A stretch of 16,684 nucleotides of DNA, taken from the NCBI GenBank assembly GCA_024626585.2, contig JANKJI020000004.1, positions 48,736,201-48,752,884 of the forward strand, written 5' to 3'. The translations under genes were made by a program, and so were the position numbers. Positions within the stretch are counted from its first letter, which is position 1, and every line of letters starts with the position of its first letter. Source of the stretch: Ginkgo biloba. Taxonomy: Eukaryota > Plantae > Ginkgophyta. Below the pieces are notes generated by a model that was not told where the DNA came from, searched no databases, and was given only the letters and a program-made list of their open reading frames with translations. This document shows, piece after piece, positions 8,410 through 16,684 of the stretch.

Positions 8410-8900
8410 AAACCTAACTACTTAAGACAAATGTCTAAAAGTAATGCCTCTTTGATTGCATGCTCTTCATCGAGAGGTATTTTACTCAAGACATAAAAAG
8501 GAATGTTCAAGAAGAATATGCTCTCCAAACCTTCTACAACTTTCCTAACGCTCATATATGGACATTGAGCCCTAGCTACCCTCCAAGTTTTTGTGTTGTG
8601 AGATTTGTTCTATGGTCTTGCTTCATCATGGTGAAAAGCTTGGTTGCGTCAATGTAAGGCACACAAATCTCAAATCCCGTGAGAAAATGATAGATTAACT
8701 AATCCATCAAAGATGTGGATCAATTTGACAATGAGTAAACCGCATTACAGCTTCGTGAAATAACATTGGAAGAGTCTCAATCTCTTAGACTAATCATAGG
8801 CATGGGCATTCCACACTATCCTAAATTCAATTAAGTGATATCAAAGATTCTCATAATTCTTTCCTAAAAGTTCAGGCATGGGGAAGGGTGTCTCCTTGCG
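8410..8900 (-). mobile_element. Decayed LTR-retrotransposon gag (Retrotrans_gag-like)
   Basis: PMPELLGKNYENL*YHLIEFRIVWNAHAYD*SKRLRLFQCYF...IHIFDGLVNL...WRVARAQCPY...EHAIKEALLLD. Resembles the P.F.G..YEDP..HL..F....RL.LF gag signature. Confidence 0.55.
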
Positions 8901-9376
8901 CAATGGGGACCTAAAAAAATTGAATGGTTACGTTTAGTTATATTTACTCTATTAACAACAATCTCAAACAATTATGTTCCTAGCCTTAATTCATGAACAT
9001 ACACAATCTCTAAAACCTTCAAACACAATACAAGAATTTAGCAAACAAATATCAACCATCATAGAGAATAACATCTTGCTTNNNNNNNNNNNNNNNNNNN
9101 NNNNNNNNNNNNNNNNNNNNNNNNNNNNNNNNNNNNNNNNNNNNNNNNNNNNNNNNNNNNNNNNNNNNNNNNNNNNNNNNNATGTGTCAGGAGTTACGGG
9201 ACACGGTGAATCCACAACGGACCGTCACAAAACCCCTTGTGTATATATTTGTACCAAGCCTTGTACATTTTGGATGAGCATAATGGAAGGTTTATGGTTG
9301 ACCAATTCTACCTGAAATTGTTCTGTGTCTTGTGCTTGTTCGTTGATATTAGATTAATTCTAGTATTAGTTCTTAC

Positions 9377-9392
9377 AGTTGGATATCCAACT
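9377..9392. repeat. Perfect 16-bp palindrome AGTTGGATATCCAACT
   Basis: Self-complementary; the half-site TATCCAACTT recurs at 9411. Confidence 0.9.
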
Positions 9393-9409
9393 TATCCATG
9401 TAGTGAATA

Positions 9410-10140
9410 TTATCCAACTTTCTTCTCTTTTCTAGTGTTTCACCAATGCCTTCATTCCCTTATCTTGGTGCAATGTCCTTCTGCACTCTATTTTGCTATG
9501 TGCCTCTAGTTTTTCTCAGTACACTTGTGGCCCCAAAAGTTGATCTTTTCTTCTTCAAAGTTGTGTCACTTCCATTTTGTTTCCAAATGAAATCTCCAAG
9601 CGTACCCAACTCCTTTGAGCTCTGTTTTTGATATTCTTCTTTGAGCCTTTTCGCACCTTTTCTTTTCTCACTGAACCCTTAGGTTCATATCTTCAGCTTC
9701 GTGGCTCCTTCTCTTACTTGAACCCTCCATTGGATCCTTATTTCTTCTTCAGTGCTACAACTCATCCAACCTCCTTGAGCACTATGGCTCGTCATTTCTT
9801 TGTGAGTGCTCATGCTCAATCTGTCTCTTCAAGATCTGTGGCTCGTTGCTTCTTTTTACTATAAATTTTAGGGAGTTTTCTTCTGTACTTATACTTATTT
9901 AGAAGTAGGAATATCTTCTTCTTCATCATTCGATTCATCCTCATCACTCTATGTAGAGACCTTATCCTACTGAGACTGGTTTATTTTCTTCTTCTTCATC
10001 TTCCTCTTCCTATGACCTAAAGTCACCTACCACTCTGGATTCATTCGTACGGACCCTTTCTGCTAATTTCAATTTTCCTTTAGGAGTTTCCTCCCAAATT
10101 ACATTTGCATATTACCTTCTTCTGGCCTATACAACTTGTA
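9410..10140 (-). other. Purine-rich (minus strand) decayed E/K/D-rich coding-like tract, probably TE-internal
   Basis: Strong C/T skew on the plus strand. Minus-strand fragments such as WEETPKGKLKLAERV, EEEDEEEENK and SDEDESNDEEEDIP are broken by stops; no domain recognised. Confidence 0.3.
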
Positions 10141-13100
10141 ACTATTCATGATGTTAAATGTCTTATAGAGGAAAGACATTTTCTATGGGGTTATATTACT
10201 CCCTGAACTTCAAAAATTNNNNNNNNNNNNNNNNNNNNNNNNNNNNNNNNNNNNNNNNNNNNNNNNNNNNNNNNNNNNNNNNNNNNNNNNNNNNNNNNNN
10301 NNNNNNNNNNNNNNNNNNAAAGATAGCTTGCTTATGTAATTAACAAACGATTTAGTATTGTAATACAATCATAATTAGTAGGTGAAAAAGTGATATTGAC
10401 ATTTATTGATGGCGATAGCCAAATCAAACCCAATTAGCTAATGTAGCGCCGACACTCAAATTTCCTATACAAACAGATAAGACAAAGCAACAAGTTATAT
10501 TTTATGGTTTTTTGTTCACTATCATATGGCTTCCACTTTATAGTTGCCTTCTCTATCAATGGAGGGAAAAGTACGAGGACGTCTATTATTGATAGGATGC
10601 ATAAACAATTCCCTCAATATCTAAGTGCTAGAGTCAAAGGCAAGGCAAAATGTCATATTATATGGCAACAACAACGATAATGGAAATGGCATTGAANNNN
10701 NNNNNNNNNNNNNNNNNNNNNNNNNNNNNNNNNNNNNNNNNNNNNNNNNNNNNNNNNNNNNNNNNNNNNNNNNNNNTATGTGCTACATTTGTGAAACTTG
10801 TTGCTCTCATTATTAGATTCCATAAAGCTTTATATGCTATCAACATTTGAAATTACTACCTATATAACAAAGGGTTATTCTTTTTGTCCATGGGATGATA
10901 AATGTGATTGTTTATGTGTGAACAAGTAGAAGAAATTACTCATTTATTGTCATAAGGGTTAGTATTTCAATTTTTTTGTTTGTTTTATATCTATAGAAGC
11001 CCAATATGTTATATTGATTAAAATTGTTTATTAGTTGAAAATTGTTGTTTCTGATGTAATCAAGTCATTGGCCTAGTATGGCAAAAGTGTTTGCTTAGGA
11101 ATTATGGGTGAGTAAGTTATAGTGACTACTGTAATGGGTACCTTTTAGGAGGTGTTTTGTCTTGTGCCAAGATTACCCTACATTAGTTGTTGATGAGTTA
11201 TTATTAGGCAATGCACTCCTCTCATGTTATTTTGTATAATTTTCTCCTAATTATTGTCAAGCAATTAGTAAAATTTATACATTCCAATTATATCTAATTC
11301 ATCTATGATTTTGCATGATTTAGATTTCATTTTCCAATGTTAATAAAGTCCTCTTTTTTTTATTATTATTGCTCTATTAATGCGTTGACCCAATATATCT
11401 GTGAAAAAAATGAATCATCTAGCTCAAACTATCTTAGGTATTTTTTTATATCTCTTAGCAAAGATCAAAATCATTAGTGTTGATTCTAGGGATATAATGC
11501 ACTTATAACCTACTTTGTTCGTCGCATGACATATTCTTTTTNNNNNNNNNNNNNNNNNNNNNNNNNNNNNNNNNNNNNNNNNNNNNNNNNNNNNNNNNNN
11601 NNNNNNNNNNNNNNNNNNNNNNNNNNNNNNNNNNNNNNNNNAGACCACTTACATAAAGCATAAAATCCCAAAGCTGAGAAGGAGAAGGGGTTCTTTTGGT
11701 TAGTTTGATGGTTAATTCTTTGAGAGAGTTTGTTGGTGGAGAGTTTCGAAGGTGCAAGACTAGAGGAGAGATGATTCACAAAAGAAGAAGGTAATTATGG
11801 AGTAGTGAAGAGGAACCAACAATATAGCTGAGAAGAATGACCGTGAGGAAGNNNNNNNNNNNNNNNNNNNNNNNNNNNNNNNNNNNNNNNNNGAGATTAG
11901 TGTGTGGTTGAGATTATGAGCAGCTATAGGGCCCAAAGTGTTAGAGCCAAAGAATCAAGCTAAGTATATGAACAAGAAGATTGGGCAAACTACCAAATGG
12001 AGGCAACTTAGGAGGACAACTCAAGATTGAGAAGACCTTAGTAGAACCACCGATAGACACAACTTGTGACTCAGGCGTGCTGGTCTTATTGACTGAATTA
12101 TTATAATCAATTATGATATCCTAATAGNNNNNNNNNNNNNNNNNNNNNNNNNNNNNNNNNNNNNNNNNNNNNNNNNNNNNNNNNNNNNNNNNNNNNNNNN
12201 NNNNNNNNGTATTTCTCTAGTTGAAAAGTGGTTGTCTTTGTTGCCATTGTTGGGTTATTGTGGTGTGAATGTTTTAAGCGCTCTGTGTATTTATTCATTG
12301 ATGCATGGTTTATTTCCTTTTACACATTATAATGCATGTTGGTAAGCTTCTATGTCTTTCTAGCCCAATCATTGGCTAATGACAAGGCAGGCTAAAGCAC
12401 ACCTTAAGTGTGCCATCGACATGCATCGATGGAGGACTGCTTGCTAAGATCCTAAAGGCAGGCAGCTTCAACGTTGATTTGGAGTTGACTGATGAGTGCC
12501 TAGACATAGTAGCTCACTTTCATCACTCTTCCTCATTCCCGTGATCAAAACCTATTTATTCAAAGTTATTTTATCTAGCCCAAGATCATGAGTAAGGTCT
12601 CCTAGATCCAATGGCCACCACTCATGTAGATATGATATGAAAATTATTTAAAAATGTATAAAATCTTCAATAATATTTAATACACCATAGTAATACATTT
12701 AGGAAAATTTGGTTTCATCATTCTTATACATATATATTATATGCATCCGCAAATTAGTGGACTTTGTTTTGGGAAATTATTTGCCATGGATAAGGACTAG
12801 AGGAATGGGATGAAGGAGAAGGTAAAATACATTTAAAAATGACAAGTAAAAAGTACAAGTGAGGGTTAAACAAGAGGGAGAAATACAAATATGATCACAC
12901 TTCAACAACAATTTACACCTAAGTCAACAAGGAGGCATTAGTTAGAGCAAGGTGGATATCTAAGATTTATCCAAATTCCTATAAATATTACATCATAATA
13001 TTTTGTAATATTAATTGATCTCAAATTTTATGGATTGTTATTTTTTACTAGTATGTTTATTTGTTATTTTATTAGTTTGAACAATTCAAACAACAATAGA

Positions 13101-13239
13101 GAGGAGTCAAGTTTAATGTCAAACATGGGATTAGAAAATNNNNNNNNNNNNNNNNNNNNNNNNNNNNNNNNNNNNNNNNNNNNNNNNNNNNNNNNNNNNN
13201 NNNNNNNNNNNNNNNNNNNNNNNNNNNNNNNNNNNNNNN

Positions 13240-13830
13240 TGAAATTGTTCTGTATTTTATGCTTGTTCATTTTTTGAATTACATTTGGTATCAAAGTTGA
13301 GGGTTCTCCTTAGTCTAATTTCAAAATTTAGTTGTGTCATTTTTATGGTGAATTTGGTGGCAAATCCATCTTTGTTCACTATTTCACTATTGTAGCTATT
13401 TGAAGAATGGAAATATATAAATCTTTGAAGAACCAACGTTGCAAGAATTCAAGAGTTGGAGGAGCCATAAGATTTGGTGACATAATTTTGGGCAGTAGAA
13501 GTTTGGTTAGACAGACATAATCTTGTAGAATTCAATATCTTTATGAGAATTCACTGATGAATGTGTGAGAAGCTATGTAAGAAGAAACCCGTTTGAATGC
13601 TATGCACCATCGTCTGTAAGTGAAGAATATAAGTGATTGTGGTAAGGTTGTTGGAGATTTATCATGAATAGACAAAATGTAATAAGGAGGTGAGAGGAGG
13701 TCTATTTTTTGCCATGGAAAATACTATAAAGGTGAAAGGGAGGCTCTCCAAGATCATGTAGGAACCATTCACTGGAGTTGAGGCCAGATTGTGGTGAAGG
13801 TATAGTCCCATGGAAAATCATCTCACTATT
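13240..13830 (+). mobile_element. LTR retrotransposon 5' part: LTR 3' end, PBS, leader and possible gag start
   Basis: LTR-type end ...TTACA (to 13283) followed 2 nt later by the PBS. Downstream is purine-rich decayed sequence with a weak gag-like FTGVEARLW*. The right boundary is uncertain. Confidence 0.55.
13286..13297 (+). promoter_or_regulatory. Primer-binding site complementary to tRNA-iMet 3' end
   Basis: TGGTATCAAAGT versus consensus TGGTATCAGAGC (2 transitions), placed 2 nt after a CA terminus. Confidence 0.7.
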
Positions 13831-13868
13831 ATTTTCTAAATTGAAGAGTTCATCATCAAGAATACACA

Positions 13869-14459
13869 TTTCTTTCTTAAAAACTTTTCATTAATATGCG
13901 CACATTTACATATAATACAAGGGCTTTGAAGTCAAAATTAAAAGATAAAGATAAACTTTAAGTGCAAATAATTAGGACCAGAAATATTAATGGTATGCCA
14001 AAGCTACATTCAAAAAAATAGGCAATAACTCTCCTTCAACCAGTCGCTTTGGGACTATCATGAACCTCCTCCACAAAAGCAAAGTTAGATCATAATTGTG
14101 ACAAAAAATGAGTGTAACAAAAATCCATAAAAAGGATAATTTGACCCAAATTTAAACTATCAACTATATTATAGCTCNNNNNNNNNNACTTTTCCTATTT
14201 ATGCTTCATTGGGGCCTTTGTAAGGCCTCTTAAACCTGTGAAAAACCAACAAAAATATATAAAGATTTTACTCATTCCTAATTGTCAACAAGGGCAATTT
14301 CCTCCTCTTCAAGATGGTTAGTAGACAAATCCTAATTGACATCTATTCCCATTGAGGTTTAAGTACTATGATCTCCTAGATCAAATTATAGAAACCTCAT
14401 TAATATAGATTGATCAAAAATTGGACAAGGAAAGACCATCTGATCACATTTACCTTCCT
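13869..14459 (-). other. Putative L1 3' UTR with decayed A-rich tail
   Basis: T-rich sequence on the minus strand after the end of ORF2 homology, ending ...TATTAATGAAAAGTTTTTAAGAAAGAAA; no TSD can be verified. Confidence 0.3.
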
Positions 14460-16684
14460 CACTTACAAAGCACTATTTGGCTATTGAATTTTCCCAGGAA
14501 TTCCACATCCTACTCAAGTAAGAGATTTTTCAAGCCTCAAAATGAGAAGATATATTTGATCTCCTTCACTATGATTTATAGGATAGGATTATTATAGATC
14601 CACCTATTATGAACCATCTTAATAATTAGTTGATAATCTTTAAATATATCAATTTTCCAAACATTCTTCTCCATTACAAGTTTTAATCCTTCTCTAAGTT
14701 CCTTACCTTCCACTATGTTATTGGAAGAGATACCCAAGACTTCACAAAGAGCAAATCTACATAGCTAATCCAAAATCACCAAAAGGCCTCCTTCCCTAAC
14801 CTATCCTAGGTTCTTCCTTGATGCCCCATAAAAAAAAAAGACTCTTCCTCTCTCTTACTCAAATCTTGAGATGCCTCTACTTTCCTTTATCATTTTTTTA
14901 TACTTCCCTTAAATATTATAGTTTGGGATAAGACAAACCTCAAGTTGTAAGTTCCACCAAATATTCCTTCTCCAAAGGATGCTTCTCCTTTAATTTCATA
15001 GAAGAAATGCATCCCACTATAAATTTCTTTACTGCATTCATCACCCTAGCAACCGAAGGGTGAAAATTATTGAAGATGCAGTTGTTCCTTTCCAACCATA
15101 AAAACCATAAGATAAACTTTGGGAGATCCCTTTTTAATTGAACTAGACAACCTCTTTTTGACTTATACATCCATTTGAATCTTAATAGTTAGTTTTAGTC
15201 ATCAAGTAGATCTGAGACATGGCCATAGAGGAGTTCTTCTTCTTGAGGATATAAAATTAATCCTAAGGCCTCATTCCACACCTCTTTGTTAAAATTGCAC
15301 TAATATAAACATATTCTTAACCTACTCCTCTTGGTACTCATAGAGAAAACATATAGAAGGGCCATGAAACCCCCTCCAAATGAAGTTATCTATTGTAAGA
15401 ATGGCATTATAAAAGGACAACTACACCAAAACATTAACCTTTGTAAGACTAGGAGAGACCCACATAGTTATCCATTTTTTCTACTATTCCTCCCCAGTTA
15501 TGATCCAAAATCTCATAACCCCCTCTAAGAAAATAAGAGTTTTAGCCTTGAACTCCTATCCATGCCAACCTATCCTCCTCTTAAGAGAGAAAAATATTCC
15601 TCTTACCCAAATAAATTATCATCTTTTGGTAATATCTACTAAGTGCATTTGTAATCTCTATCCACTCTTCCAATCCTTTCCAACAAAACATAGAGAGGTC
15701 ACCTTTAGGGATACCAACAATAAGTTTTTTTATAAATTTTTTTATCCTCCAATAGCCTCTAATGNNNNNNNNNNNNNNNNNNNNNNNNNNNNNNNNNNNN
15801 NNNNNNNNNNNNNNNNNNNNNNNNNNNNNNNNNNNNNNNNNNATAAATATTTTTTCCATCTCCTAGGATCCATTATAGATGGTCCTAAATCAATGGTAAT
15901 CCTTGAATAATGTTCCTTCACAAGAGCAATCCTAAGTAGTGAGGGGTATCATACCATAATAAAGAGATCCTCAAAATCCCACCATAATATTTATTAATCA
16001 ATATGTCCTTATAGAGATAAGGAGAACCTAAACTTAGTCTCTAAGCTTACTTCATTCCAAGGGCCTCTACCAAATCCACCATCTTATGGACCCCCAAAAC
16101 TCCTAACTTCTTGGCTCTATAGATCATAGCCTAATTTAACAAATAGATTATCTTCTTATCTTTCCATCCCTTCCAATGAAAGGACCTCATATTTATCTCA
16201 AACCCGTTTATAATTCCCTTAGGGATAGCCAGAAAAGAACATATAAAGATAGGAAAGGGGGTCGTCACTGAGTTCATTAAAGTTACCTTTCCTACTAACG
16301 TAATCCACACTATAGTAAAACCTTCTATTTTTTCTAGAATGTCTGTAAGAGGGGAGTCCAATATTTTCCTCTAAAAGGGTTGGGAGAGAGTGGTGCACCA
16401 AGGTATCTTGTTGGAGAGTCAAAGGTGCCTCTGTAAAATCGTAGAAGTTTGTAAATTTTGTTGTACAATCTCACTGAGCTATTCATCACAAAAACCAATA
16501 TTTTATCCTTATTCACAGAACCTCCAGATGCCATCAAAAAGGTATTTAGATCTTCCTTGAATCCCTTCATATTTACCAATAATATTATGCCCAAACGAAT
16601 TATGTCATCCATAAATTATACATGAGACACTCATTTGTAGTTTGAGGTTATCTCCACTCAAATAAATGAACCCAACTCATCTTT
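14460..16684 (-). mobile_element. Decayed plant L1 LINE ORF2 3' half (RT C-terminus, zf-RVT, RNase H); continues beyond the window end
   Basis: RT region: VSHV*FMDD (16615-16604; SHLQFADD motif), ASGGSVNKDK, PTRYLGAPL, TLVGKVTLMNSV, AKKLGVLGV. zf-RVT ~15275-15470: KVNVLV*LSFYNAILTIDNFIWRGFHGPSICFLY...CNFNKEVW; then PKFILWFLWLERNNCIF. RNase H ~14480-14833: YGASRKNLG...LGISSNNIVEGKELREGL...KDYQLII. Confidence 0.95.

Larger units (their letters stand above)
1819..15842. other. Seventeen assembly gaps, nine of exactly 100 N
   Basis: 100-N gaps at 1819, 3881, 5123, 6749, 7855, 9082, 10219, 11542 and 13140; variable-length gaps at 2140, 6418, 8166, 10697, 11852, 12128, 14178 and 15765. Confidence 0.97.

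Noticed and set aside
9237-9864. Chain of Phe/Leu/Ser-rich plus-strand ORFs resembling membrane proteins
   Set aside because: Expected in pyrimidine-rich DNA that is poor in stop codons; any coding ancestry is more likely on the minus strand.
10158-13294. Numerous ORF-track entries spanning N runs
   Set aside because: Length is inflated by X residues; the called parts have no recognisable homology.
15331-15910. Plus-strand ORFs of 65 and 136 aa
   Set aside because: Antisense shadows of the L1 ORF2 relic.

Overview
AT-rich, repeat-dominated eukaryotic plant DNA. The TE families look gymnosperm/conifer-like, but that is inference. The assembly is highly fragmented: 17 N-gaps, nine of them exactly 100 N, splitting the window into ~1-3.4 kb pieces whose adjacency is unproven. 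No intact protein-coding gene, RNA gene or CRISPR array is supported. Content: a decayed minus-strand Ty3/gypsy pol (protease 3161-3463, pre-RT linker, RT N-terminus 324-706) interrupted by a ~1 kb insertion with a probable 5-bp target-site duplication; a plus-strand non-L1 LINE RT remnant (7030-7730); gag remnants; an LTR end plus tRNA-iMet PBS (13281-13297); and a minus-strand L1 ORF2 3' half (RT, zf-RVT, RNase H; 14460-16684). The standout is two ~85%-identical copies (4608-5122 and 6006-6521, minus strand) of an apparently intronless, CIRCULARLY PERMUTED ~505-515-nt fragment of a BTB/POZ-MATH (BPM) gene. Each copy starts in the BTB C-terminal half, jumps back to the end of the MATH domain, and ends at the codons where it began, with ~15 nt of terminal redundancy. 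This is the pattern expected of a genomic fossil of a circular RNA or circular cDNA. All translations and identities were done by eye.
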